DNA of 64,000 nucleotides from an uncultured Candidatus Rokubacteria bacterium (GTDB lineage: Bacteria; Methylomirabilota; Methylomirabilia; Rokubacteriales; CSP1-6), in the NCBI GenBank assembly GCA_963762145.1, contig CAVXJS010000021.1:224001-288000 (forward strand), written 5' to 3'. Positions 11,730 to 22,559 of this stretch are shown here, in pieces (positions within the stretch are counted from its first letter, which is position 1; every line of letters starts with the position of its first letter). The position numbers and the translations under genes are program-made. The notes beneath the pieces are model-generated. The model saw only the letters and a list, made by a program, of their open reading frames with translations, was not told the DNA's origin and searched no databases.

Positions 11730-12703
11730 TGCGGATCCTCGGCCGCGAGGTGCTGGAGGCGGTGCTCTCTCCCGCCGACGTGATCGCGGCCGTGGAGCGT
11801 GCCTTCCGCGAGGCCGCCGCGGGCCGAGCCGCCGCCCTCCCGCGCGCGGTGCTGCCGATGGGCCGGCACGGGGTGTTCCTGGCCATGGTCTCGGCCCTCC
11901 CCCGCGTGGGCGCTCTCGGCACCAAGCTGGTGACGGTCGTGGAGCGCAACCAGCGTCGGGGATTGCCTACCATCCACGCCACCTACCTGCTCACCGATCC
12001 GGAGACCGGCGCCCCTCTGGCCCTGATGGAGGCCGGCTTCCTCACCGCCATCCGCACCGGAGCGACGTCCGCCGTGGCCGCCCGCTACCTGGCCCGGCCC
12101 GACTCCCGCGTGGTGGCCTGCTTCGGCGCGGGGGTGCAGGCCCGCTTCCAGCTCCTCTGCCTGAGCCAGGTCCTGCCCCTGACCGAGGTGCGGGTGGTCG
12201 GCCGCAATCCGCAGCGGGCCGCGGCATTCGCGGAGCGCATGCGCGGCGAGCTGGGCATCGCGGTACGAGTCGCGGCCAGCCGAAAGGCCGCGGTGACCGG
12301 AGCGGACGTGATCACGTGCGCCACCACCGCCTCGAAGCCCGTCTTCTCGGGCCGCGATGTCGCCGCCGGCGCCCACGTGGACGGCGTCGGCACGTTCCGG
12401 CCCGCCACGCGCGAGATCGACACCCTGACCGTCAAGAGATCGCGGGTCGTGGTCGATACCTACGAAGGGGCCTGGGAGGAGGCGGGGGATCTGCTGATCC
12501 CGATCAAGGCCCGCGCCATCACCCGGCGTCACGTGCGGGCGGACCTGGCCGAGCTGGTGGCCGGAACCCGGCGGGGTCGGACCTCACCCGAGGAGATCAC
12601 CCTGTTCAAGTCGGTGGGATACGCCCCCGAGGATGCCGTGACCGCGCGGCTGGCCTATGACCGGGCGGTGGCGGCCGGACTGGGCATCGAGGTGGCGCTG
12701 TGA
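11729..12703 (+). CDS. Ornithine cyclodeaminase/mu-crystallin family protein
   Basis: GTKLV, LTAIRTGATSAVA, GAGVQA, ADVITCAT, EAGDL, ITLFKSVG..ED; TGATG overlap with the upstream gene. Confidence 0.9.
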   Translation: MRILGREVLEAVLSPADVIAAVERAFREAAAGRAAALPRAVLPMGRHGVFLAMVSALPRVGALGTKLVTVVERNQRRGLPTIHATYLLTDPETGAPLALMEAGFLTAIRTGATSAVAARYLARPDSRVVACFGAGVQARFQLLCLSQVLPLTEVRVVGRNPQRAAAFAERMRGELGIAVRVAASRKAAVTGADVITCATTASKPVFSGRDVAAGAHVDGVGTFRPATREIDTLTVKRSRVVVDTYEGAWEEAGDLLIPIKARAITRRHVRADLAELVAGTRRGRTSPEEITLFKSVGYAPEDAVTARLAYDRAVAAGLGIEVAL

Positions 12704-12822
12704 TCCCAGCGGCCGGTCCGTCCCGGCCGGCCAGCCGCTGCTGAACGCAGCAAGGTAGGTCTCACCGAAAATACCCCGGCCCCCTATACTGGAAGTGGCC
12801 GACTTCTCTGGCCTTTACGACC

Positions 12823-14869
12823 ATGACTCCAGCATTCCGCCAGGCCACGATCGAGCGATGGCTGCCAGGCCTGACGGCGGTCCTGACCTTCCTCATCTTC
12901 CTCCCGACGATCGAGGCCGCGTTCGTCAACTGGGACGACGAGACCAGCTTCCTCACCAACACCGCATACCGTGGGCTCGGCTGGGCCCAGCTCCGATGGG
13001 CGCTCACCACCACTTTCCTGGGTCATTGGAGCCCCCTCGCCTGGATGACCTGGAGCCTCAACTACGTCACGGGCGGCCTCGATCCGTGGGGCTATCACCT
13101 CGGCAACCTCCTCCTGCATGCCGCCAGCGTGGCCGTGCTCTGGCTCGTCGCGCACCGGCTGCTCGGGTCGAGCGCGGGCACCTCGACCGCCCTCGCCGCC
13201 GCGGGCGCGACCATCGCGGCGCTGGTCTGGGGCCTGCACCCGCTGCGCGCCGAGGCGGTGGCCTGGGCCAGCGCCCGGCGAGACGTGCTGTGCGGGCTCT
13301 TCTACCTCCTGGCGGTCCTCGCGTATCTGCGGGGCGTCGCCTCCGGCGCGGCGATCGAGGGTCGGTACTGGGCGCTCTCGGTGGGCGCCTTCGCGGCCGC
13401 GCTCTCGTCGAAGACCATCGCGATGACGCTGCCGCTCACCCTGCTCCTGCTGGACCTGTATCCACTCCGCCGTCGCGGCCTCGGCTGGTGGATCCTCACC
13501 CGCGAGAAGCTGCCCTACGCGATGCTCGCCGCCGCCGCCGGCGTCGTGGCGTTCCTGGCCCGCCAGGAGAGCGGCAACATCACGGCCTACACGGAGTACG
13601 GCGCCGGAGCCCGCCTGGCCCTGGCCGCGTACACCCTGTGGTTCTCCTGGTGGACCTCTCTCTGGCCGGTCGGCCTGTCGCCGATGTACGAGCTGCCCCG
13701 GCGCGTCGATCTCGGCCAGGCTCGGTTCCTCTCACCGCTGGTGGCCGTGAGCGCATTCACCGCCACGCTCTGGCTGCTGCGGCGCCGGTGGCCCGCGGGG
13801 CTCGCCGCATGGGCCCAGTCGGTCATCGTGCTGGTGCCCATCAGCGGGGTGGTCCATTCGGGCTATCAGCTCACCGCCGACCGCTACAGCCATCTCGCAA
13901 GCCTCGGGTTGTCGCTCCTCGCCGGGGCCGGGACTCGTCTGGATCTTGCGGCGCGCCGCCGACCGGCCGGTCCGGCGCTGGTTGCATCCCCTCGCGTGGG
14001 CGTCGGCCGCGCTGCTGGTGGTGGCGATCGGGGCGACCGCCCGAGCGCAGACCATGATCTGGAAGGACTCCGAGACGCTCTGGCGCCGGGCCGTCGAGGT
14101 CGATCCGACCTGCTCCCTCTGCGAGAGCAATCTCGGCCGGGTGGTGGCTCGTCCGGGGCGCTTCGCGGAAGGCGAGGCGCACCTGCGCCGAGCCATCGCG
14201 CTGCGTCCGGATCGCCCGGGCCCGCACGAGAACATGGGCGCGATCATGCTCGCCCAGGGTCGCCACCCTGAAGCGGAGGAGCACTTCCGGCGCGCCGCGA
14301 CGCTCCAGCCCGACCGTGCGGCGTCCCGGAACGCCCTGGGCGTGGCGCTGGCCACGCAGGGACGCGACCGCGAGGCGGAGGCCGAGTTCCAGGAGGCGGC
14401 GCGCCTGTCGCCTCGGCTCGTGGACGCCCAGAGCAATCTCGGCGTGCTCTATGCGAGGCAGCGGCGCTTCGAGGAGGCGATCACCGCCCTCCGGCGCGCG
14501 CTTGCCCTCGATGGCGGGCGGGACGGGGTCAGGGTCGATCTCGGCCGAGCCCTCAGGAGCCGCGCCATCGAGCTCGCGCGGGAGGGCCGGCTCGACGAGG
14601 CCGCGAAGCGCTGGCAGGAGGCGGCGCCCCTCGCGGGTGAGGATCCCGACCTCCTTCGCGCCCTGGGCCAGGCGCTCGTCGAGCGAGGCAAGGGGGTCGA
14701 AGCCATTCCGGTTCTCGAGCGGGCGGTCGCGCTGGCTCCCCAGCGCGGCGCGGAGCGCCTCTGGCTGGCGCGCGCCTACCGGCTCGCCGGACGGATGCCA
14801 GAGGCCGACCGCGAGGCCGCCACCCTGCGCACCCTGGCGCCCGCGTACGCGGCCGAGCTCGGCCGATGA
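12823..14869 (+). CDS. TMTC-like GT-C glycosyltransferase + TPRs (paralog 3; one frameshift at ~13935)
   Basis: NWDD, HPLRAEAVAW..RRD and DRYSH in ORF 12823; WKDSETLW, CSLC and many TPRs in ORF 13946..14869; TATACT at 12785 upstream. Confidence 0.82.
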
Positions 14870-16827
14870 CGCGCCTGCCGCGGGCGCTGCTCCCGACCCT
14901 CGTCTCCCTCCTTGCGTTCGCCGCGTTCCTGCCCGCCCTCGAGGGAGGGTTCCTGGACTGGGACGACGACCGGAACTTCCTGTGGAACACCGGATACCGC
15001 GGCCTCGGCCTGCGCGAGCTGCAGTGGATGTTCACCGCGACGTGGATGGGCCACTACATCCCGATCACGTGGCTGACCTTCGGACTCAACCATGCGCTCG
15101 GGGGGATGGATCCGTGGGGCTATCACCTGGGCAATCTCCTGCTCCACGCGGCGAACACGACCCTCTTCTTCTTCGTCGCGCGCCGGCTCCTGGCGGTCGC
15201 CCGGCCGGAAGCTGGGGTGGCCGTCCGCCTGGCGGCCGCCGCCGCCGCCCTGCTGTGGGCTCTTCACCCCCTCCGCGTGGAGTCGGTCGCGTGGATCACG
15301 GAGCGGCGAGATCTGCTCTGTGGCTTCTTCTACCTGATCGCGGTGCTCGCCTATCTGCGGGGGGCGACGCGCGAGCACACCCTCACCGGGCGCTGGCTCG
15401 TGGCATCGCTCGTCGCCTTCGCGGCGGCCCTCGGCTCGAAGGCGATCGCGATGACGCTCCCGCTGACCCTGCTCGTACTCGACGTCTATCCCCTCCGTCG
15501 CCTTCGACTCGGCTGGCCGGCCCTCGTCCGGGAGAAGCTGGGGCACTTCGCGCTCGCCGCCATCGGCGCGGGCGTGGCGAGCTGGGCGGTCACCCGGGGA
15601 GCCGGCTGGACGAGCTACGAGGCCTACGGGCTGGAGGCGCGGCTGGCGATGACCGGCTATAGCTTCTGGTTCTATCCCGCGAAGCTGATCTGGCCGGAAC
15701 GGCTCTCGCCCCTCTACGAGCTGCCCGCCCGCATCCGTCTGCTCGACGCCGAGTTCCTCTGGCCGGCCGTGGCCGTGCTCGTGGTCACCGCCGTCCTGCT
15801 GCTCGCGCGCCGCCGTGCCCCCGGCGCGCTCGCCGCCTGGCTTCACTCCCTCATCGTGCTGGCTCCGGTGAGCGGCATCGCGCACGCCGGCCACCAGCTG
15901 GCGCACGACCGCTATAGCTATCTCTCCGGTCTCGGGTTCGCGGTGCTCGCGGGAGCGGGCGTCGTGTGGCTCGGACAGCAGCGGGCGCGCGGGCAAGTGA
16001 GTCGCTGGGTGGTCGGAGCCACCGCCGCGGCGCTGGTGCTCGCGCTGACCGGACTGGGCGCGAGCACCTGGGTCCAGAGCCGCATCTGGCGCGATTCCGA
16101 GAGCCTCTGGCGATCGGCGGTCACGGCTCATCCCACGTGCGCGCTGTGCCGCCAGAAGCTCGGCGGCGTCCTGCAGACAGCGGGTCTCCACCGAGAGGCG
16201 GAGGCCGAGCTCACCCGCGCGACCGCGCTACGGCCGGAGCGGCCGACCGCGCACAACAGCCTCGGGGCTCTCTACGTGGACCAGGGCCAGCTCGGCCTAG
16301 CCGAGGCGGAGTTCCGCGAGGCCATCCGCCTGGCGCCGCAGTACGCCGAGGCCACCGCAAATCTGGGGGCCCTCTATGCGCGCCAGCGACGGCACGCCGA
16401 GGCGCTTCCGTTCCTGCGCCGCGCCGTCGCCCTCTCCCCGCAGTTCGGCAACGCGCGGGGCAACCTGGCGTTCGCCCTCGACAATGCGGGAGTCGAGCTC
16501 GCCCAGTCGGGCAAGCCCGCGGAAGCGGTCGGCCTGTTCAAGGAGGCGGCCGAGCTGGTGCCCGCGGAGGCCACCTTCTGGCGGAACCTCGGGCAGGCCC
16601 TGATCGAGGACGGGGAAATCGGCGAGGCCGTCGCGCCGCTCGAGCGCGCGGTGGCGCTCCGGCCCAAGGGCGCGACGGAGCGAGTCTGGCTCGCGCGAGT
16701 CTACCTGCTCGCAGACAGGCCGGCCGAAGCGCAGGCTCAGATCGACGTGCTCAGAACGCTGGACCCGGCGGCGGTGGGGACGGTCCTCCGCGCGGCCGGC
16801 GGGTCGGTCGAGGAGCCGCGCCGCTAG
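14866..16827 (+). CDS. TMTC-like GT-C glycosyltransferase + TPRs (paralog 4)
   Basis: DWDD, GHYIP, HPLRVESVAWITERRD, DRYSY, WRDSESLW, TPRs (AHNSLG, ATANLG); ATGA overlap with paralog 3. Confidence 0.85.
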   Translation: MTRLPRALLPTLVSLLAFAAFLPALEGGFLDWDDDRNFLWNTGYRGLGLRELQWMFTATWMGHYIPITWLTFGLNHALGGMDPWGYHLGNLLLHAANTTLFFFVARRLLAVARPEAGVAVRLAAAAAALLWALHPLRVESVAWITERRDLLCGFFYLIAVLAYLRGATREHTLTGRWLVASLVAFAAALGSKAIAMTLPLTLLVLDVYPLRRLRLGWPALVREKLGHFALAAIGAGVASWAVTRGAGWTSYEAYGLEARLAMTGYSFWFYPAKLIWPERLSPLYELPARIRLLDAEFLWPAVAVLVVTAVLLLARRRAPGALAAWLHSLIVLAPVSGIAHAGHQLAHDRYSYLSGLGFAVLAGAGVVWLGQQRARGQVSRWVVGATAAALVLALTGLGASTWVQSRIWRDSESLWRSAVTAHPTCALCRQKLGGVLQTAGLHREAEAELTRATALRPERPTAHNSLGALYVDQGQLGLAEAEFREAIRLAPQYAEATANLGALYARQRRHAEALPFLRRAVALSPQFGNARGNLAFALDNAGVELAQSGKPAEAVGLFKEAAELVPAEATFWRNLGQALIEDGEIGEAVAPLERAVALRPKGATERVWLARVYLLADRPAEAQAQIDVLRTLDPAAVGTVLRAAGGSVEEPRR

Positions 16828-16940
16828 GCTCCGCTCATGGTCCATTTCCTTCTTCCCGACACGGGTGCTGACGGATACTTGGGGAGGTTCTCGCTCTCCA
16901 CGCGGATGGAATTCACACCCGAACCCTCCGAGGTGATGTC

Positions 16941-18143
16941 TTGAGCGGAAGCGCCCGGACGGCCGACGCCGTCATCATCGGCGGCGGGGTGACGGGCGTC
17001 TCGATCGCGTTCCAGCTCGCAGGGGCGGGCCTCCGGCGAGTCGTCATCCTCGAGTGGAAGTTCCTCGGCTCGGGCGGGACGGGCCGATCCGTCGGCATCA
17101 TCCGTCAGCTCTATCCCACGCGCGAGACGAGCCAGATGGTGCTCCGCTCGCTCGCGGTCTTCGAGCGCTTCGGCGAGGCGGTGGGGGGCGAGGCGGGCTT
17201 CGTGCGCACCGGCGCTCTCATCGGAGTCTCCCCGTCCATGCGGCCCACGCTCGAGCGGACGCTGGCGCTGCAGAAGGGCATCGGCATCCAGGCCGAGATC
17301 GTGGAGCCCGCCGACGTGGCCCGCATCGAGCCCCGCATCGACACCTCGGAGCTCGGCGCGGTGCTGTGGGAGCCGGGCTCCGGCTACGGAGATCCCAGCG
17401 CGGTGACCGCCGGCTTCGCCGCCGCGGCGCGCCGACGCGGCGTCGCGATCGAGCAGGGCGTCGAGGTGATCGCGATTCGACGCCAGGGCGACCGGGTCGT
17501 CGGGGTGGACACCGCGACCGGCGACCGGATCGACGCGCCGGTCGTGATCAACGCGGCGGGGCTCTGGTCGCCCCGGGTCGCGCAGCTCGCCGGCGTGGCG
17601 CTGCCCATCGTGATCGGGCGTCATCCGGTCTTCACGGTGGCGCGGAATGCGGGATTCGGCCCCGCGCACACCGTGTACCTGGACCTGGCCGGGGGAAGCT
17701 ACGTGCGGCCCGAGACCGGCAACCTCACCTTGACCGGATCCCTCACCGATGACGAGACCCAGCACCCGATGGACCCGGATCTCCTCGGCAGCGAGGCCGG
17801 CTTCGACGAGGCCGCGGACGTCCTGGCCCGCACCGCCCGGGCCATCCCGGCGCTGACCGACGCGCGGTTCACCCGCGGCTACGCGGGAGCCTTCGACATC
17901 ACGCCGGACTGGATGCCGATTCTCGACGAGTCGCCGGTGCGCGGCTTCTGGATCGCGGCGGGCATGTCCGGCCACGGCTTCAAGCTGTCCCCGGCGGTGG
18001 GCGAGATGATGGCCGCCCTGGTCACGGGCGTCCCGTCGCCGGTGAGCCCCGCGCCGTTTCGGCTGGATCGCTTCGGCTCCCTCGACGCCGCGGGGTCCTC
18101 GGGCTTCGTCTCGTCCTACCTGGGAGCGGCCGGCCCGTCGTGA
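16941..18143 (+). CDS. FAD-dependent oxidoreductase, DAO/sarcosine oxidase beta family
   Basis: TTG start after GAGGTG; IIGGGVTG, GTGRSVG, VINAAGLWS, DITPDWMPIL, GMSGHGFKLSPAVG. Confidence 0.88.
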   Translation: MSGSARTADAVIIGGGVTGVSIAFQLAGAGLRRVVILEWKFLGSGGTGRSVGIIRQLYPTRETSQMVLRSLAVFERFGEAVGGEAGFVRTGALIGVSPSMRPTLERTLALQKGIGIQAEIVEPADVARIEPRIDTSELGAVLWEPGSGYGDPSAVTAGFAAAARRRGVAIEQGVEVIAIRRQGDRVVGVDTATGDRIDAPVVINAAGLWSPRVAQLAGVALPIVIGRHPVFTVARNAGFGPAHTVYLDLAGGSYVRPETGNLTLTGSLTDDETQHPMDPDLLGSEAGFDEAADVLARTARAIPALTDARFTRGYAGAFDITPDWMPILDESPVRGFWIAAGMSGHGFKLSPAVGEMMAALVTGVPSPVSPAPFRLDRFGSLDAAGSSGFVSSYLGAAGPS

Positions 18144-19882
18144 GTGACGTCACCCCGCGGGTGAAACGCCTGCTCCTCGGCCTGGCCGGCCTTCTCTGCA
18201 TCGCCGAGATCTGGATCTCCGGGCTCAACTTCGCGAACTACCAGATCTGGTACGGGGCCCACGGCTGGTTCCCGGGAGAGCTGGCCTTCCTCCTGCACTA
18301 CCTGCTCTTCGGCATCCCCGCCATCGTCCTCCTGACGTTCGCGATCCGGGAAACGGCCGGTCCCCGGATCCTGGATGCCATCGAGCGCCTCGATGGACTG
18401 AATCCTCGCGAGGTCCGCGCCATCGTCTTCGGCGCCTGCTCGGGCACGTTCTTTCTCACCACGCTGACCCGCCTCATGGTCCTGAAGGACGCGGCGGTCA
18501 GCGACGACGAGAACGCCTATCTCTTCATGGCCCAGATGTTCGCGTCCGGAAAGATCCTCGTGCCGGCCCCGCCGGATGCCCTCCGCGCGTTCTTCGAAAA
18601 CCAGTTCCTCGTCATCAACGCCGGGAAGATGTACGGGATCTACTTCCCGGGACATCCGGCCGCGCTCGCGATCGGGGAATCGCTCGGACTGCTCCACTGG
18701 GTGACCACGGTATCGGCCACCGTGACGGTGCTGCTGGCGTTCGCCATCGCGCGTCGCCTCTTCGGCCAGCGGACCGCGCTGCTGGCGCTGCCGATGCTCC
18801 TGGTCTCCCCGTACTTCGTGTTCTCGTCCGCCACGCTGCTCGCCCATTCGACGGTGGCGGTGCTTCTCCTGGCGTTCCTGTACGCGGTGCTGCGCGCCCA
18901 CGAGGACCCGCGCGCGATCCGCTGGTGGCTTCTCGCGGGAGCCGCGCTGGGCTGGGCCACCCTGACGCGGCCGTTCTCGGCGCCGGTCTTCGCGGCGCCC
19001 TGGCTGGGATGGCTCGCGCTGCGCTTGTGGACGGCGCGCTCTCCGCGGGCGCTCGTGGGAGCCGGCGCGGCTACCCTGACGGTGATCGGGGCCGGGCTGC
19101 TGCTCCTCGACTACCAGCACGCGCTTTCCGGCTCCCCGTTCGAGAGCGGCTACCAGACGTTCAGCCGCCTTCGGAACTGGGGCCTCGTCGGCCAGGCGGT
19201 CCGGGCTCCCGCGCCGCTTCCGTCGATCCACGAGCTCGGACACACGCTCGCCCGCTTCAACTTCTGGCTCTTCGGATGGCCGGTCTCGCTGGTGCTCGCG
19301 GCCTTCTTCCATCGCGTTCCGGGCGGGCTGCGGCTGTTCGCGAGCTGCGCCGGAGTGCTACTCCTCTATGCCGGCATCTCGGCGGCCAGCATCAGCAGCG
19401 CCGGCCCCGCCCACTACGCCGAGCTCGCCGCGCCGCTGGTGCTCCTGTCCGCCAGCGGCTTCCTGCGGCTCACCGAGCTGAGCCGCCGACCCGGAGCTCC
19501 CGCGGGCGCGCCCGCGTTCGTGGCCTCGTTCCCGCTCGTCGCCTCGCTCTGTGCGCTGATCACCTTCCTGCCGGTCTACGCCGGCTCCCTGCGGGCCAGC
19601 GCCGATCTGGTGAACGCCCCCTACGATCTCGTGGAGATCGAGGTGCCGGCGCCGGAGCGAGCCGTCGTCTTCGTCCACAGCCTCCCGGGCACCGCGCTGC
19701 CTCCCTACACCTGGGCCTACTACCGCCGGAACAATCGCCCGGACCTGAGCGATCGCGTTCTCCTCGTCAATTTCCTGGACGCGGATCGGAACCGCGCGCT
19801 CATGCAGGCCCTGCCGGAGCGCGTGCCCTACGTGATGGGGATGGACGGGGCGCGCCTGGTGCTGAAGCGCGTCACGCCCTGA
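18140..19882 (+). CDS. ArnT/PMT-like GT-C integral membrane glycosyltransferase (no TPRs)
   Basis: SDDENAY acidic loop motif, YFPGHP, LLVSP, LLAH, LTRP; many TM segments; periplasmic C-tail with RNNRPDL. Confidence 0.7.
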   Translation: MSDVTPRVKRLLLGLAGLLCIAEIWISGLNFANYQIWYGAHGWFPGELAFLLHYLLFGIPAIVLLTFAIRETAGPRILDAIERLDGLNPREVRAIVFGACSGTFFLTTLTRLMVLKDAAVSDDENAYLFMAQMFASGKILVPAPPDALRAFFENQFLVINAGKMYGIYFPGHPAALAIGESLGLLHWVTTVSATVTVLLAFAIARRLFGQRTALLALPMLLVSPYFVFSSATLLAHSTVAVLLLAFLYAVLRAHEDPRAIRWWLLAGAALGWATLTRPFSAPVFAAPWLGWLALRLWTARSPRALVGAGAATLTVIGAGLLLLDYQHALSGSPFESGYQTFSRLRNWGLVGQAVRAPAPLPSIHELGHTLARFNFWLFGWPVSLVLAAFFHRVPGGLRLFASCAGVLLLYAGISAASISSAGPAHYAELAAPLVLLSASGFLRLTELSRRPGAPAGAPAFVASFPLVASLCALITFLPVYAGSLRASADLVNAPYDLVEIEVPAPERAVVFVHSLPGTALPPYTWAYYRRNNRPDLSDRVLLVNFLDADRNRALMQALPERVPYVMGMDGARLVLKRVTP

Positions 19883-19897
19883 CCGGGCCGGCGGGCG

Positions 19898-20578
19898 CTA
19901 GCGTCCGCCGGCGCGGGAGAGGCAGACGAGATTGGATCGGAGGAGCGGGAGGCCCGACTTGAGCAGGCGATTCTGGCGGGCGGCCGGGAAGAGCGACAGG
20001 AAGGCCTCCGCGTCGAGCAGGTTCAGGTTCTCGATCTCCGCGAAGTAGTCGAGGCCGAGGCGGCGAAGACTGGCCCGATACGCCGCATCCGGGAGCCAGT
20101 GGAGCAGCGGCAGCCAGGTGTGCAGCTCGAGCGGGAACCGCTTGTTGGGGGTGGTGAACAGCACGCACCGGGACACTCGACAGACCTCGGCGACCAGAGC
20201 CCGCTGCTGATCGCGCGTGCCCCCGTGCTCGACCACCGCGTTGCAGATCCCGTAGTCGAAGTACCCGTCGGGTAGCGGGATCTCCCGGAGATCCGCCTCC
20301 AGGAACCGCAGACCCGGAAACGCCTCCTCGAACCAGCCCGCCTCCTCCGCCGCCCGTCCGATCGCGGTGACCTGGCGCCGGTACGGGTAGAGGCTCTCGA
20401 AGAAGTAATGCACCGGATGGTCGCGATGCCCGGACACCCCGAAGTCGGCCACGCGCGCCTCCGGGCCGGGGGCGCACTCGCGCATGAATCGGTCGAAGAT
20501 GCGGCGCCGGACCTGGAAGGCCAGATCGTTCTTGATCCGGTCGAAGGCGCCGAGCTCGGTCGCGTAGCGGAGCGCCAC
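19898..20578 (-). CDS. Class I SAM-dependent methyltransferase
   Basis: VADFGVSG, ADLREIPLPDGYFDYGICNAVVEH, FTTPNKRFPLELH. Confidence 0.8.
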   Translation of the reverse strand: MALRYATELGAFDRIKNDLAFQVRRRIFDRFMRECAPGPEARVADFGVSGHRDHPVHYFFESLYPYRRQVTAIGRAAEEAGWFEEAFPGLRFLEADLREIPLPDGYFDYGICNAVVEHGGTRDQQRALVAEVCRVSRCVLFTTPNKRFPLELHTWLPLLHWLPDAAYRASLRRLGLDYFAEIENLNLLDAEAFLSLFPAARQNRLLKSGLPLLRSNLVCLSRAGGR

Positions 20579-20584
20579 GGCGGG

Positions 20585-21517
20585 CTAGGCCTCGGGACGA
20601 CGGGCGATGAACGCCATCGTGGCGGTCCGGCTGACCAGCGCCTGAAAGATGGTCACCGGCAGGAACGGCGCGATCAGGGCCGGATACCAGCGGACGCGGC
20701 CGTTCGCGGGTACCCGGAGCCCGCCCCGGTCCGCGAGCCAGTTCTGGATGCCCGCGCTCCAACCGACCGTGCGCAGGCGAGGCACGATGCGGGTGTCCAC
20801 GAATCCGGTCTGCTCGCAGGCGGCCCGGATGGTCTCGGGGCTGAAGAGCGCGATGTGCCGCGGGAAGTGCAGCGCGCCCCAGTAGCGCCCGAAGAGCCGG
20901 AAGTCCCAGCAGTCGATGTTCGGCGTCTCGCCGAAGAGGATCCCGCCCGGCCGGAGCAGCTCCCGGGCGCGCCGCAGCGTCGCGATCGGATCGCGGACGT
21001 GCTCGATGACGTGGCCCATGCGAATGAGATCGAACGACTCCGGAGGGAAGTCGGTGTCGACCAGATCGCCCTGGCGCACGTTGAACCCGCGCCGGACCGC
21101 CTGGCGGGCGGCCTCCGCGTCGAGCTCGAGCCCGCAGACGTCCCACTCGCCCACCCCGGCGAGGGCGTTCAGGGCGCCGCCCGCGCCGCACCCGACGTCG
21201 AGGACCCGGCCGCGAGGACCGATGAGGCGCGCCACCCGCCGCGCGTCCAGCCAGTAGGTGATGCGGAACAACCAGCCCACCACCGGATCATCGCCGTAGA
21301 CCGCGTAGGTCGGCGGGTAGTAGCTCGGGATCACGTCGCGGGCCGGCCGCGGAGTCTGATAGTAGAGATCACACGCGGTGCAGCGGGAGAGCGTGAAGCG
21401 TCCGGACACGCCGTACTCGTAGTCGCCCGCTTCGAGCACGGGCACCGCGTGGCGGTCGGATCGACAGAGATCGCATACCGCCCCGGCCAGCTCGGCGTCG
21501 CGGACGGACGCGTTCAT
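20585..21517 (-). CDS. Class I SAM-dependent methyltransferase with N-terminal Zn-ribbon
   Basis: ATG 21517 (MNASVRD); CDLC...CTAC, VLDVGCGAG, FDLIRMGHVIEH, LRPGG, ETPN, PRH. Confidence 0.85.
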   Translation of the reverse strand: MNASVRDAELAGAVCDLCRSDRHAVPVLEAGDYEYGVSGRFTLSRCTACDLYYQTPRPARDVIPSYYPPTYAVYGDDPVVGWLFRITYWLDARRVARLIGPRGRVLDVGCGAGGALNALAGVGEWDVCGLELDAEAARQAVRRGFNVRQGDLVDTDFPPESFDLIRMGHVIEHVRDPIATLRRARELLRPGGILFGETPNIDCWDFRLFGRYWGALHFPRHIALFSPETIRAACEQTGFVDTRIVPRLRTVGWSAGIQNWLADRGGLRVPANGRVRWYPALIAPFLPVTIFQALVSRTATMAFIARRPEA

Positions 21518-22557
21518 GCGCGCTCCCGGACGGCCGACCCGCTCCGCCACTCGGCCCGGATCTTCTGGAACAGGAAGCCGAAATAGCTCCGATTCGTGGG
21601 CACCGGGATCCCCGCGGCCACGAGGAGACGATGCACCTCGGGCAGGTTGTAGTTGGGAATGCTGGGAAACACGTGATGCTCGTAGTGGAGGTACTGGCCG
21701 AAGGGCGCGATGATCCACCGCTCGACCACGTTCAGACGGCTCGTCCGCGTCACCCACGCCTCCTGCGGCGACTCCGGATGATAGCCCGCCTCGAAGCCGT
21801 GCTCCGCGATCGAGCGAACCCGGATCTGGAGTGGATAGAGCGTCATGATGGGCAGGACGTGCAGGAGCAGGTAGGCCCAGGGCCCGCCCGTCATCGTGAA
21901 CAGCGCCAGGAGCGCGAGCTGGGTGATCGCCACCGGGATCATCGTGGCGGCCATGCGGACGAAGTAGGCCGGCGTGAGGCGCCGCCACGGCGAGACGGAA
22001 TAGGTGGCGCGGTCGGACTGGGAGTACTGCAGCAGACGCTTGACCGCCGACACCAGGAAGAGGTCCCCGAGCAGGCCCTTGAGCATCGCGGACGCCGACG
22101 CCTCCGGCTGGCTGAAGATGATGTCGGGATCGCGATCGGTGTTCAGGTACAGGTGATGGTCCATGTGCGCGGTCCGGTGCCCCCCGCGCGTGTAGCCGAG
22201 CAGGTACGCGAAGAGATTCCCGAACCCCTGGTTCAGGCGCGGATCGTGGAACAGGGTGCCGTGGTCGCTCTCGTGCACGAGCTGGGCCGCGCAGTTGAAG
22301 TTGCGGATCGCCCAGAGCGCCAGGAGCGCGGCGGTCCACCAGCGGGGATAGAGCCCGAAGACCACCGGTACCGCCACGAACGACGCCAGCGCCGCGATCA
22401 CGTCCAGCGCGCTGCGCCCATCGCGCATCCGGTGCACGGCTCGGAGCGCCTCGAGACTGATCGCGCCCGACTGCAGCGCTTCCCGGGCGGACCGGGGCGC
22501 GCCCACCGTCATGTCCTCGAGACCCGCTCCGCTCCGGTCGGTCATTCCGGTGGTCAT
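21514..22557 (-). CDS. Membrane fatty-acid desaturase family (His-box diiron) protein
   Basis: Three His boxes HESDH, HMDHH and HYEHH, plus AEH and PSIPNYNLP; TM segments (3' part of ORF 21514..23805). Confidence 0.82.
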   Translation of the reverse strand: MTTGMTDRSGAGLEDMTVGAPRSAREALQSGAISLEALRAVHRMRDGRSALDVIAALASFVAVPVVFGLYPRWWTAALLALWAIRNFNCAAQLVHESDHGTLFHDPRLNQGFGNLFAYLLGYTRGGHRTAHMDHHLYLNTDRDPDIIFSQPEASASAMLKGLLGDLFLVSAVKRLLQYSQSDRATYSVSPWRRLTPAYFVRMAATMIPVAITQLALLALFTMTGGPWAYLLLHVLPIMTLYPLQIRVRSIAEHGFEAGYHPESPQEAWVTRTSRLNVVERWIIAPFGQYLHYEHHVFPSIPNYNLPEVHRLLVAAGIPVPTNRSYFGFLFQKIRAEWRSGSAVRERA

Positions 22558-22559
22558 CC

